In this document: piece after piece, positions 28,678-36,508 of the stretch | How positions within the stretch are numbered: the first letter of the stretch is position 1 | Layout: each line of letters starts with the position of its first letter | Sequence record: KJ190157 | From: Escherichia phage vB_EcoS_FFH_1 | Direction: 5' to 3' (one strand) | DNA length: 64,000 bases | The notes under the pieces: generated by a model | Databases searched by the model: none | Seen by the model: the letters and a program-made list of their open reading frames with translations, nothing else | What the model was told of the DNA's origin: nothing | Position numbers and translations under genes: made by a program

Positions 28678-28854
28678 CTTTAGGAGCGATGATCCCGTTA
28701 TTTCAACGGGATTTCTTTTTCAATAACAGGAGACTTATCAGTCATAACTGTCATTGCCATTTGTTGTAGAAATTCAAAGGTGAAGGCTACACGTTCTTCA
28801 CCAATCTCTACTTCTACACGTTTCTTTTGTTTATCGATCTTGACTTTTAGGTTG

Positions 28855-29076
28855 TCAGCCATCTTCGGGTTCTCGTTGCTGCGCTACTTCTAGCCAGTCT
28901 GGTAGAAGAAACTTTGTACGAAATTCTTCGTAAGTTTCTTTGGGATAAAAGCTAAAACCTCCTTTCTCATCATTCAGGATAACAGAACCGTCAGTTTGTT
29001 CGTATGCTCGGTATGTTTCCCCAATAACAATAACTCGTTTATCAGTACTTTTATTACGAAACTCAAAAACGTGCAT
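28855..29076 (-). CDS. hypothetical protein
   Basis: 73 aa between tRNA genes. Confidence 0.4.
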   Translation of the reverse strand: MHVFEFRNKSTDKRVIVIGETYRAYEQTDGSVILNDEKGGFSFYPKETYEEFRTKFLLPDWLEVAQQREPEDG

Positions 29077-29092
29077 AATGTTCCCTTAAAGT

Positions 29093-29168
29093 TGGAGCGG
29101 CTAGAGGGAATCGAACCCTACTCAGCGAGGCTTGGAAGGCCTGCGACACAACCCGTGTGCTTAACCGC
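29093..29168 (-). tRNA. tRNA-Gly(UCC)
   Basis: T-loop AATCGAA; anticodon loop TTGGAAG. Confidence 0.6.
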
Positions 29169-29176
29169 TTATTGTT

Positions 29177-29254
29177 TGGCAGGGGATATTGGATTTGAAC
29201 CAATGATCTCGACTTCAAAGGCCGAAGCTTTAGACCAGGCTAAGCTAATCCCCA
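29177..29254 (-). tRNA. tRNA-Gln(UUG)
   Basis: perfect T-arm ATTGG-ATTTGAA-CCAAT; loop TTCAAAG. Confidence 0.6.
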
Positions 29255-29260
29255 ACTGTT

Positions 29261-29336
29261 TGGCAGAAGGTAGTGGGTTCGAACCACTGATCGGGGTTTC
29301 AGAGACCCCAGCCTTAACCGACTTGGCTAACCTTCT
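29261..29336 (-). tRNA. tRNA-Gln(CUG)
   Basis: perfect T-arm and anticodon stem GGGGT/ACCCC; loop TTCAGAG. Confidence 0.7.
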
Positions 29337-29520
29337 TCTTAATACTTTTTGGATCTTCTAAACGTTTGCCTTCATGATCTACTCGAATAACTCCGCACCC
29401 TTCGCAAACCACAACTACACCATAACCTTCTTTGACCTCAGCTTCTGTAATCAAACCAGAAAGATCACCAGTATCTCTGCCCCACATATCAATGGAGCAT
29501 TGTTTGCAGAAATCAGCCAT
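29314..29520 (-). CDS. small zinc-ribbon-like protein
   Basis: 68 aa; CKQC...CEGC. Confidence 0.45.
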   Translation of the reverse strand: MADFCKQCSIDMWGRDTGDLSGLITEAEVKEGYGVVVVCEGCGVIRVDHEGKRLEDPKSIKKKVSQVG

Positions 29521-29545
29521 ATTTTATTTCCTATTTAAGTTAATT

Positions 29546-29622
29546 TGGGGTGGCTAGTGGAATTCGAATCCACATAGGCCTGATTCACAATCAGGATCAT
29601 TAACCAATTATGATATAGCCAC
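29546..29622 (-). tRNA. tRNA-His(GUG)
   Basis: perfect T-arm and anticodon stem CCTGA/TCAGG; loop TTCACAA. Confidence 0.7.
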
Positions 29623-29862
29623 AATTGAAAACTCGCAGGGTTAGCGAAACCTTCCTCAATTAGCATGTTCTAGAATACTAATCAAGTTATCTCCTATTGC
29701 ACGCAGCTCAAGACGAGTACGAATTTTCAATTGTGGTGGCTCTCAGAAACTCTTCTACTCTAGCCTTAGCAGCTTACTCCCGAACGCATGTCGGGGAAGT
29801 CTTACTAAGCGCATCAAATAGCACCGTTACACTTTGAGCCATTGATATATCAAGAAGTAGAA

Positions 29863-29993
29863 GGACTTGAACCTTCACGAGATAGACCATTTATCTCAGC
29901 CGCTTTATGAGGTATATTGCAGAGAGTGGATGTTCCCTATAAACCTTTTAGGCAGCCCCGTCTACCGATTCCGGCATACTTCAAGATTTGGAG
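29863..29993 (-). ncRNA. tRNA-like stable RNA candidate (~130 nt)
   Basis: perfect T-arm GAAGG-ACTTGAA-CCTTC at 29870-29886 and 6-bp acceptor pairing 29863-29869 with 29987-29993, but 100-nt interior with no canonical anticodon arm. Confidence 0.35.
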
Positions 29994-29998
29994 GTAGG

Positions 29999-30093
29999 TA
30001 AGGGGATCGAACCCTTACACCGTATCACTACGATCAACCGATTTCAAGTCGGAGTCCAGCGCCAGCCATTGGATTGACCTACCGTATAAATTG
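29999..30093 (-). tRNA. tRNA-Ser(UGA), class II
   Basis: 95 nt with long variable arm; T-arm AAGGG-GATCGAA-CCCTT; loop TTTCAAG. Confidence 0.6.
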
Positions 30094-30105
30094 TTTGGCG
30101 GAAGA

Positions 30106-30196
30106 GGAGAGATTTGAACTCTCAAGCCGTTTTACCAGTCAGCCACTTTCCAAGCGGTTTTCGTCGCCAATTCGATTTGCTCTTCCAATAATAAGA
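30106..30196 (-). tRNA. class II tRNA, probably Ser(GGA)
   Basis: 91 nt; perfect T-arm and 7-bp acceptor; anticodon arm only resolved with mismatches (loop TTTCCAA). Confidence 0.4.
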
Positions 30197-30233
30197 TGAT
30201 GCCTCTATCACACCAGGCAGTTACGCCTCGCTG

Positions 30234-30300
30234 GGATTCGAACCCATTAAAACAGCTCAACCGAGATAGTAGATTTAATTTACTCTGACCATCAAATTTG
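30234..30300 (-). ncRNA. tRNA-like fragment (T-arm only)
   Basis: T-loop GGGATTCGAACCC present but no acceptor partner or anticodon arm found. Confidence 0.25.
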
Positions 30301-30308
30301 GTGCGTGA

Positions 30309-30385
30309 CAAGGGATTCGAACCCTCAAAACCCGACTTCTAAGGACGGTATGTATGCCAATTCCATCAATCACGCGTATTTGGTG
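30309..30385 (-). tRNA. tRNA with UAG anticodon (Leu by anticodon), class I shape
   Basis: 77 nt, short variable region; loop TTCTAAG; discriminator A. Confidence 0.45.
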
Positions 30386-30390
30386 GAGGA

Positions 30391-30469
30391 TAACGAATTC
30401 GAATCGTTCTGATGTCCTCGGTGCAAGCGAGGTGTCCACCCCTAGCAGACCCATCCCCCAAATTCTTTA
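30391..30469 (-). tRNA. tRNA-Ala(UGC)
   Basis: perfect anticodon stem CCTCG/CGAGG, loop GTGCAAG; G3-U70 wobble in acceptor stem. Confidence 0.7.
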
Positions 30470-30571
30470 GTTTACTAAGGCTATTAGCTCGGCGTAACTA
30501 CAGCACCTTCGCTTCGAGCTAATACCTTAGTGAACTATGATGAGGATTTCTCCCCATCAATTTATATAAAT

Positions 30572-30600
30572 ATTATAACAAGAAATTAAGCATTAAGCAA
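30572..30600 (-). promoter_or_regulatory. T5-type promoter driving tRNA block 30469-29999
   Basis: TTGCTT, 17 bp, TATAAT; tRNAs immediately downstream. Confidence 0.7.
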
Positions 30601-30952
30601 GTACATTTTTGCAGATTTCTTGTAGTTCCTTTACATCACGAACGTAAAGGTAGTCTGAACTTCCAGAGTGCATACTTTGCATAAACACACCCTCATCTGG
30701 CGCAGTATCCTTCAAAGTAATTCCTAACCAAAAAGCGGCAAAACGAGGTGTTACCTCACCTTGACTTGCCTTGAATACATCGGCTTCTGTGATCTCCTGA
30801 CCAGTAGAAAGTCCCATATACGGTACGTTCAGATCGATATCTTTGTAGAATTCAGCTAGGTCTTGTTCGAAGTCCCAACCTTTAGAGATAGCGAACTCTA
30901 TTGTTACATGACCGAAATAACCTTGAATCTTGTTTGATAGTTGCATTTGCAA
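30593..30952 (-). CDS. hypothetical protein
   Basis: 119 aa. Confidence 0.5.
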   Translation of the reverse strand: MQMQLSNKIQGYFGHVTIEFAISKGWDFEQDLAEFYKDIDLNVPYMGLSTGQEITEADVFKASQGEVTPRFAAFWLGITLKDTAPDEGVFMQSMHSGSSDYLYVRDVKELQEICKNVLA

Positions 30953-30961
30953 TTCCTTATT

Positions 30962-31035
30962 TTGAGTTAATTGGTACTCGGTGATAGAATCGAACTATCA
31001 CAACCGCCGTGTAAAGACGGGGTTCTCCCATTAAA
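30962..31035 (-). tRNA. tRNA-Val(UAC)
   Basis: perfect T-arm GATAG-AATCGAA-CTATC; loop GTGTAAA. Confidence 0.6.
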
Positions 31036-31178
31036 CTAACCGAGCAAAAGATTTGCTACTAAAAATGCTTCGAACAGAAATTCACAAAATCCCGCTAAAA
31101 ACATACCTATTGTAAAATCGGCAGAAAATACATAGGAATCTTTTATTTTCTGCTTCATTAAGTAAAACCAGATAGTCA

Positions 31179-31496
31179 TTAAAATCTCTCCATTCTAAAG
31201 CCAATGAAGTAAGGTGCATTACACGGAACATGCTTAAGATCTTTAAGAGTAATTTTACGTCCTAAGCGTCGTTCCATACAAGTGAAACATAGAACAATAT
31301 CTTTGGGCTGCCCTTTTCTTATCTGATCCCAGACCCAATCTTCAACCATACACATTTCATGGTATTGTTCACAGTCTCGACAATAATGACACTGATGTTC
31401 TGGTACTTTTTGATTTTTAATACACAGTTCAGTAAAGCGTTTTCCGGCTCTGCCAGACATTTCTGATATTGTTTCTAGAACTTTGTTAATATTCAT
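31179..31496 (-). CDS. Cys-rich hypothetical protein
   Basis: 105 aa; HQCHYCRDCEQYHEMC...CFTCMERR. Confidence 0.5.
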   Translation of the reverse strand: MNINKVLETISEMSGRAGKRFTELCIKNQKVPEHQCHYCRDCEQYHEMCMVEDWVWDQIRKGQPKDIVLCFTCMERRLGRKITLKDLKHVPCNAPYFIGFRMERF

Positions 31497-31513
31497 AACA
31501 AATTCCTTTAAAT

Positions 31514-31592
31514 TGGTAGATCGCCTGGGACTCGAACCCAGAACCTTCCGATTAAAAGTCGGATGCTACTAAACCTATTGAGCTAGCGACCT
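31514..31592 (-). tRNA. tRNA-Lys(UUU)
   Basis: perfect T-arm and anticodon stem TCCGA/TCGGA; loop TTAAAAG. Confidence 0.7.
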
Positions 31593-31781
31593 ATTAGTAG
31601 CCATTATATACTTCTTTAATAGAATGGACTTTTAAGTAAGGATGATTAATCCCAAACTCCGCCATTACTTCTTTTTCATCTTTTCCATAATGTGCAAGTA
31701 AGGATCTTGAGGTATTATTACCTAAACGTTTGTCATTTACTACTAATCGAAATACTTTCATTTCGAAATCCTCTATTAAAA

Positions 31782-31859
31782 TGGAAGCGGGTGCAGGAAT
31801 CGAACCTACCTCTTTCTAGCTTATGAGACTAGCGATCTCTACCAGAGATCTAACCCGCA
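31782..31859 (-). tRNA. tRNA-Met(CAU) (or Ile2)
   Basis: loop TTATGAG; mismatch at acceptor pair 1-72. Confidence 0.55.
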
Positions 31860-31865
31860 ATTGTT

Positions 31866-31941
31866 TGGTCAGTGCGGCAGGACTCGAACCTGCGACCCGA
31901 AGCATCCAAGGCTCCCACGCTACCAACTGCGCTACGCACTG
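31866..31941 (-). tRNA. tRNA-Pro(UGG)
   Basis: perfect T-arm GCAGG-ACTCGAA-CCTGC and acceptor; loop ATCCAAG. Confidence 0.65.
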
Positions 31942-31950
31942 TTAATTCTT

Positions 31951-32148
31951 TTATTGTGGGGGGATATTAATAATTCGTCCATCTACACAATAAACGGTAC
32001 TAGGGATTGTACTGTATATGTAGAAATTCTTTATATTACTCTCTCCGCCACAGAAATTTTTAGCAAATTCATACTCTTTATTAATGGTTGAGTCAAGTTT
32101 AAAACAACCAGTAAGTAGGAATACAGATAGCAATAAAACTTTCTTCAT
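31951..32148 (-). CDS. small lipoprotein
   Basis: 65 aa; lipobox LLTGC; promoter at 32181-32209. Confidence 0.5.
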   Translation of the reverse strand: MKKVLLLSVFLLTGCFKLDSTINKEYEFAKNFCGGESNIKNFYIYSTIPSTVYCVDGRIINIPPQ

Positions 32149-32180
32149 TTTGCTTTCCTTCTCTTCACTTTATAAAATAT

Positions 32181-32209
32181 ATTATACAGAGAATTAAGTA
32201 AAATAGCAA
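32181..32209 (-). promoter_or_regulatory. T5-type early sigma70 promoter
   Basis: TTGCTA, 17 bp, TATAAT. Confidence 0.7.
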
Positions 32210-32358
32210 ATGAATTTTTAATAAATTTACTTATTGTGTAGGCCACCTGGAGGCTATGAACCCCACGGCTGACAAAGAAGTTTGCGAGACTTCTCTTAAA
32301 AGCCAGAATAGACCCGCCGATCTATCGGAACCTACATAATAAGTAAACTTTATAGTGT

Positions 32359-32479
32359 CATTCTAGACAGGACTCGAACCTGTTATCACTTGTGCGGACT
32401 TACGAGAACCATTCTTTCACTCGAATCGAACGAGCTTCTGCCCTAGCCAAGCTGGTTTCCCCATCAACCACGCTAGAAT
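32359..32479 (-). ncRNA. tRNA-like stable RNA candidate (~120 nt)
   Basis: perfect T-arm ACAGG-ACTCGAA-CCTGT at 32367-32383 and perfect 7-bp acceptor pairing 32360-32366 with 32473-32479; long interior. Confidence 0.35.
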
Positions 32480-32601
32480 GTTTGATTGTTTTCAGTGCAA
32501 GAGTCCGAGTCTTGGACACGACCGCTTCGCAAGTACATAGGCAGCTTATCATGAGTCAGCACTTCCGAATTGCTAGCCCCGTGTTCTGCACTGAAATTTT
32601 A

Positions 32602-32949
32602 TTAGTTTAACCGTAAAGTATTATCTACTTCACCATTAATTGTTCGGCATTCCTCTGGGATTGCCGGTGTAGCCTTGTATTCCCACCACTCAGCACCATC
32701 ATATTCCCCACGTTCTAGCCAAGTTCCATCGGCAAACCATACATTACCATAAAGTAATTGTCCACCGTATCCAGAATCATATTCAAAGTCTAGGTTATTA
32801 AGAAACCCCTCAATGTCTTCTTCTGTATAATCTAAAGGTAATACCCAGACTTTTTTGTCCCCATAATACCCAAATTCTATTTTAATACACTTAACTTTAG
32901 AATTGGTATTTTTTAAGGCGAGTAACAGCTCTTCTTTAGCATTACGCAT
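32602..32949 (-). CDS. hypothetical protein
   Basis: 115 aa. Confidence 0.5.
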   Translation of the reverse strand: MRNAKEELLLALKNTNSKVKCIKIEFGYYGDKKVWVLPLDYTEEDIEGFLNNLDFEYDSGYGGQLLYGNVWFADGTWLERGEYDGAEWWEYKATPAIPEECRTINGEVDNTLRLN

Positions 32950-32974
32950 AGTATATTCTCATACTGAATTAAGT

Positions 32975-33051
32975 TGGCGCGACCGATGGGATTTGAACCC
33001 ACATTCTCTCCCGTGACAGGGGAGTACCATTACCAAGCCAGCCCCGGTCGC
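32975..33051 (-). tRNA. tRNA-Asp(GUC)
   Basis: perfect anticodon stem CTCCC/GGGAG, loop GTGACAG; perfect acceptor. Confidence 0.75.
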
Positions 33052-33060
33052 ATAATTCAT

Positions 33061-33246
33061 TTACTCAGCTTTGAGTTTTTCAATAGCTGCATTAAGTTCT
33101 TTAAGAAACTCTTTTCGTACATTAAGACGATTGAGACTTACTAGTATATCGTGTTTAAGTTCTTCGATGTATTTCTTTTCAACTTCAATATTGTTGATAG
33201 TGCTATCACGATGAACTTCTAGCTGCGCAATTACATTCTTGGACAT
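33061..33246 (-). CDS. hypothetical coiled-coil protein
   Basis: 61 aa. Confidence 0.4.
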   Translation of the reverse strand: MSKNVIAQLEVHRDSTINNIEVEKKYIEELKHDILVSLNRLNVRKEFLKELNAAIEKLKAE

Positions 33247-33348
33247 GCTTGTTTCCTCAGTTATTAATGAAAATGGTATCTGTGGCTGAATTCGATGTCA
33301 GCAATGATAGCTGGTTGGCTACCGGTTTACTTAACTCTACACAGAATT

Positions 33349-33431
33349 TGGCGGGCCGTGTAGGATTCGAACCTACGTTGTCTTTCGACATGGATTAACA
33401 GTCCACCGCCAAACCGCTTGGCTAACGACCC
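33349..33431 (-). tRNA. tRNA-Asn(GUU) with extended variable region
   Basis: perfect T-arm GTAGG-ATTCGAA-CCTAC; D-stem GCCA/TGGC; loop TTAACAG; 13-nt variable region. Confidence 0.55.
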
Positions 33432-33583
33432 TAAATTTATATTGCTGACTAGGATTTTCACCTAGACGGAGTTAGCACCGTAGCGTGTAGCGGCATACCT
33501 CTCCAAACCGTGCCTCATCTTTCAATTACGGAGACAGTGTTCCTACGCGTGCCTGAATTGATTCAACAATTCTTCCAGCAAAT

Positions 33584-33659
33584 TGGACGACCGCATGAGA
33601 TTTGAACTCACATAAAAAGGATTTGCAATCCTTCGCCTAAGCCCTTCAGCCAACGGTCG
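33584..33659 (-). tRNA. tRNA-Cys(GCA)
   Basis: perfect anticodon stem AAGGA/TCCTT, loop TTTGCAA. Confidence 0.7.
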
Positions 33660-33707
33660 GTTTATCTTGTTCTGTCATGTTGCTTCTCCAGTTCAATTTA
33701 TGTAATT

Positions 33708-33736
33708 ATTATACAGAACTTTTGGAAACTAAGCAA
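33708..33736 (-). promoter_or_regulatory. T5-type promoter driving tRNA block 33659-32975
   Basis: TTGCTT, 17 bp, TATAAT. Confidence 0.7.
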
Positions 33737-34016
33737 CTACATTTTTTAAGAATTTGATGCCTTTCTTTTTCTTCTTATATTTCCACGTTAATGGATTCTG
33801 TCGATTATGAACGCTTGAGATCTTTGTCTCGTCAAAGTTCTTCAATATCATGTAATCACAGGATAATTGTTCTAGTAGAATGTGATCACCGTCAAAAGCG
33901 TATACATAAGGCTGTTGACTAACACGATAATGATAGACTTTGTTAATTCTACGTTTCAGCGACTTATCAGCGCAGTAAATAAAGAAGTTTTCAGGATGCA
34001 TCAGCAGCTCCTTCAA
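33729..34016 (-). CDS. hypothetical protein
   Basis: 95 aa. Confidence 0.45.
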   Translation of the reverse strand: MKELLMHPENFFIYCADKSLKRRINKVYHYRVSQQPYVYAFDGDHILLEQLSCDYMILKNFDETKISSVHNRQNPLTWKYKKKKKGIKFLKNVVA

Positions 34017-34099
34017 TTTGGTGCACCCTGTTCGTATCGAACGAACCTCTCAAGCTCTTCAGGCAAGCGCTAATCCATCTCAGCTAAAGGTGCAAATTT

Positions 34100-34176
34100 T
34101 GGCAAACCTACTAGGACTCGAACCTAGACCGTACGGTTTTGGAGACCGACATGCTGTCCAGTAACACTCTAGGAAT
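34100..34176 (-). tRNA. tRNA-Trp(CCA)
   Basis: perfect T-arm CTAGG-ACTCGAA-CCTAG; loop TTTGGAG; two acceptor mismatches. Confidence 0.55.
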
Positions 34177-34184
34177 GCAGAAAT

Positions 34185-34261
34185 TGGCGTCCTGTGCGGG
34201 GATCGAACCCGCAAATCCTACCTTGAAAGGGTAGTGACTTTACCAGTTTGTCTAACAGGAC
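34185..34261 (-). tRNA. tRNA-Glu(UUC)
   Basis: perfect T-arm, anticodon stem CTACC/GGTAG and acceptor; loop TTGAAAG. Confidence 0.75.
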
Positions 34262-34268
34262 TTAAATT

Positions 34269-34359
34269 TGGTGTTGGATGATGGAGTCGAACCACCCGAG
34301 ACCCTTCCGAGTCGGCAGATTTACAGTCTGCTTCGCTACCTCTACGATACTAATCCAAC
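34269..34359 (-). tRNA. tRNA-Tyr(GUA), class II
   Basis: 91 nt with long variable arm; perfect anticodon stem GCAGA/TCTGC, loop TTTACAG. Confidence 0.7.
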
Positions 34360-34489
34360 ATATTTAGAAGTATTCAAAAATTCTCATTTAAACACTTTTA
34401 AATATGTTTTCAAATTAGGTAACTATTATACCAAGTTTTAAGGCACTGAGCAAGTCAAATTTTAAAGAACTTGCTCAGTGCTATATTAG

Positions 34490-34765
34490 TTAGTCGAACT
34501 TAGGAGTGACAGTTAAGGAGAACGGAAGTTCGAAAACTTCTTCACCCTCATTACTAACGGTAACTACACGACCTTTAAGTTCAGACATTAAAATATCAAT
34601 ATCAGCTTTTGCATCTGGAGCCATGCCAGCTTCAATACATTTAGCTTTAACCTCCGGTAGAAGATCTACGTTATAGAGATAGAGCCACTCAATCTCACCT
34701 TCCCAGTCTTCCCAGGATTTGCAGATTGCACTTTCAATACCAGTTGCTGCAACACGATTTTGCAT
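34490..34765 (-). CDS. hypothetical protein
   Basis: 91 aa; promoter 34785-34814. Confidence 0.5.
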   Translation of the reverse strand: MQNRVAATGIESAICKSWEDWEGEIEWLYLYNVDLLPEVKAKCIEAGMAPDAKADIDILMSELKGRVVTVSNEGEEVFELPFSLTVTPKFD

Positions 34766-34784
34766 TCGTTAACTCCTTCATCAA

Positions 34785-34814
34785 TTTATACAACTATTAT
34801 ATCAGAAATTTAAA
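34785..34814 (-). promoter_or_regulatory. T5-type early sigma70 promoter
   Basis: TTGCCT, 18 bp, TATAAT. Confidence 0.6.
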
Positions 34815-34855
34815 GCAAAAGGCAAGTACATTTTTAAAAATTCTGTTTGGAGGAG

Positions 34856-35062
34856 CTAAACTCCAGATTCTTCAGCTAAGTCTAGGCTAATAAGAGTTAT
34901 AGCCATAATTGCTGCACCGTGTTCTTTTTCTCCGGTGTTTTTAGCAGAGTCTATAATAGTCTTAATCTGTTCGTAATAGCCTTTTACTTCTTGTTCAATA
35001 CCTGCCTCGGCTATCATGCCTTTAGTCATGATTCGTTGCATAGTAATTTCACGGTTAGCCAT
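34856..35062 (-). CDS. hypothetical protein
   Basis: 68 aa. Confidence 0.4.
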   Translation of the reverse strand: MANREITMQRIMTKGMIAEAGIEQEVKGYYEQIKTIIDSAKNTGEKEHGAAIMAITLISLDLAEESGV

Positions 35063-35238
35063 GATGTTTCTCCAGCTTCATTTTTAATAGTTTACAAATG
35101 AAATCAACGTCTTCATCTGTACCTAGATCTCTATCTTCAAGAGTTGCCTTGAAGTTTTTAGTCAATTCCATGAGGATAACTTCTCTAGAACGACGTGTTG
35201 GCGGAGGTGGATGTCTATACATCTTATTTCCTTAGTTT

Positions 35239-35315
35239 GGTAGGGGTGGTGGGATTCGAACCCACAAAACCTGAATTTTAAGTCCAGTACCTATGCCAAT
35301 TCGATTACACCCCCG
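35239..35315 (-). tRNA. tRNA with UAA anticodon (Leu by anticodon), class I shape
   Basis: 77 nt; perfect T-arm GTGGG-ATTCGAA-CCCAC; loop TTTTAAG; discriminator A. Confidence 0.5.
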
Positions 35316-35321
35316 TGTAGT

Positions 35322-35510
35322 TTAGTCAATTACTTTTGAGGCTTCAAGGTAGTCGATATAGTGTATGTTTTCTACCGTAATCATATAATCTGCCACTTTA
35401 TCCATAGCTTGGGCTTCAGAGGTAGCTCTGGCTAACCTATATCCTTTTTTATATTCATCCGGGTATTCTCTATCTTGGATAAACACAACATAAACTATAT
35501 ATAGATCCAT
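35322..35510 (-). CDS. hypothetical protein
   Basis: 62 aa. Confidence 0.4.
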   Translation of the reverse strand: MDLYIVYVVFIQDREYPDEYKKGYRLARATSEAQAMDKVADYMITVENIHYIDYLEASKVID

Positions 35511-35529
35511 TTGTGACCTCTATTTAATT

Positions 35530-35607
35530 TGGTGGCTCCCCGAGGATTCGAACCTACGTACCTTCCGGTTATGAGCCGGGTGCTCATACCATATGAGCTT
35601 GAGAACC
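35530..35607 (-). tRNA. tRNA-Met(CAU), possibly initiator
   Basis: loop TTATGAG; three consecutive G-C pairs at base of anticodon stem; weak T-stem. Confidence 0.5.
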
Positions 35608-35613
35608 AGAATT

Positions 35614-35702
35614 TGGCGGAAGAAGCGGGAATCGAACCCACAAGGCTATATTTCAAACCGACAGATTAGCAATCTGCTGCAATACCGTTATGCTATTCTT
35701 CC
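35614..35702 (-). tRNA. tRNA-Ser(GCU), class II
   Basis: 89 nt; perfect acceptor; anticodon stem GCAGA/TCTGC; loop TTAGCAA. Confidence 0.6.
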
Positions 35703-35717
35703 GAATTTATAAGATAT

Positions 35718-35746
35718 ATTATATTAGAAATTTAGCTTCATAGCAA
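35718..35746 (-). promoter_or_regulatory. T5-type promoter driving tRNA block 35702-35239
   Basis: TTGCTA, 17 bp, TATAAT. Confidence 0.7.
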
Positions 35747-36242
35747 GAAAATTTTTCAAGTTTTCGGTAGACATCTCATCCACATCTACGGGAGAAACAA
35801 AGCCGTTTAATTTTCTAGCAAATTTTTCACCCGCAGGATCATTGTCCCCAACAGCTACCAATTTAAAAGGTAGTAATTTCAGTTGCTTTAATAACGCTTT
35901 TCCTGGAGAAGAACCCAACATTGCTAGGGCTGGATAACCAGCATTATGTAACGCAACTGCCTTAAATACAGATTCAGCAATCAATACTACTTTTTCATCT
36001 CCATTGAGAGTTTCTAGTCCCCATACACACTGGGTAGTAGAATAAGTAAAGTATTTAGCTTCAAAGGGGCACTTACCATGACCTTTTGGAGCAGAAGGAT
36101 TATAAGTTTGATAGCCCCTCAACATCCCGGAGAAGTCATACAACGGGACTGTTAGCCATCCTTCCGGACTTAACCAGCAATGATATTTATCTGTATCAAA
36201 TCCTCTAGATAAGAGGTGCTGTGTTAGCTCATCAACATTCAT
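35724..36242 (-). CDS. Toprim-domain protein
   Basis: start set at MNVDEL after AAGAGGA RBS; conserved Glu (LIAESVFKA) and VAVGDNDPAGEK (DxD) Toprim signature. Confidence 0.55.
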   Translation of the reverse strand: MNVDELTQHLLSRGFDTDKYHCWLSPEGWLTVPLYDFSGMLRGYQTYNPSAPKGHGKCPFEAKYFTYSTTQCVWGLETLNGDEKVVLIAESVFKAVALHNAGYPALAMLGSSPGKALLKQLKLLPFKLVAVGDNDPAGEKFARKLNGFVSPVDVDEMSTENLKNFLAMKLNF

Positions 36243-36272
36243 ATTTGGTTCCTCTTTCAAATTTATAGATAT

Positions 36273-36301
36273 ATTATACAGAGAATTTAGCATTCAAGCA
36301 A
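36273..36301 (-). promoter_or_regulatory. T5-type early sigma70 promoter
   Basis: TTGCTT, 17 bp, TATAAT. Confidence 0.7.
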
Positions 36302-36417
36302 TCAAATTTTTTAACTTTTTAGAGGAAAATCATAGGGCACTTAAGGATAGCAGATAAGTGGTGAGGACCAAAATTTGTGACCCCACTAAAAATCCTGGGG
36401 CAATTTTTAAAGACCCC

Positions 36418-36446
36418 TTGACATTTTCGCTGGGGTAGTGTAAAGT
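36418..36446 (+). promoter_or_regulatory. candidate sigma70 promoter for the plus-strand Gly/Gln/Cys module
   Basis: TTGACA, 17 bp, TAAAGT (weak -10). Confidence 0.4.
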
Positions 36447-36508
36447 ATATGTTATGGATGAGTGATCAAATAGACACACATTTTCTATATACTAGGAGGT
36501 GTCAAAAA

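Noticed and set aside
28996-29361. Plus-strand 121-aa ORF
   Set aside because: Spans three tRNA genes on the opposite strand; the translation is an artefact of tRNA sequence.
32392-32610. Plus-strand 72-aa ORF
   Set aside because: Covers the tRNA-like element and a long inverted-repeat structure; no RBS; likely non-coding.
27960-35710. tRNA cluster as a prophage integration site or integrase-associated island
   Set aside because: No integrase, recombinase or att-like direct repeats seen; gene content is that of a strictly lytic T5-like phage.
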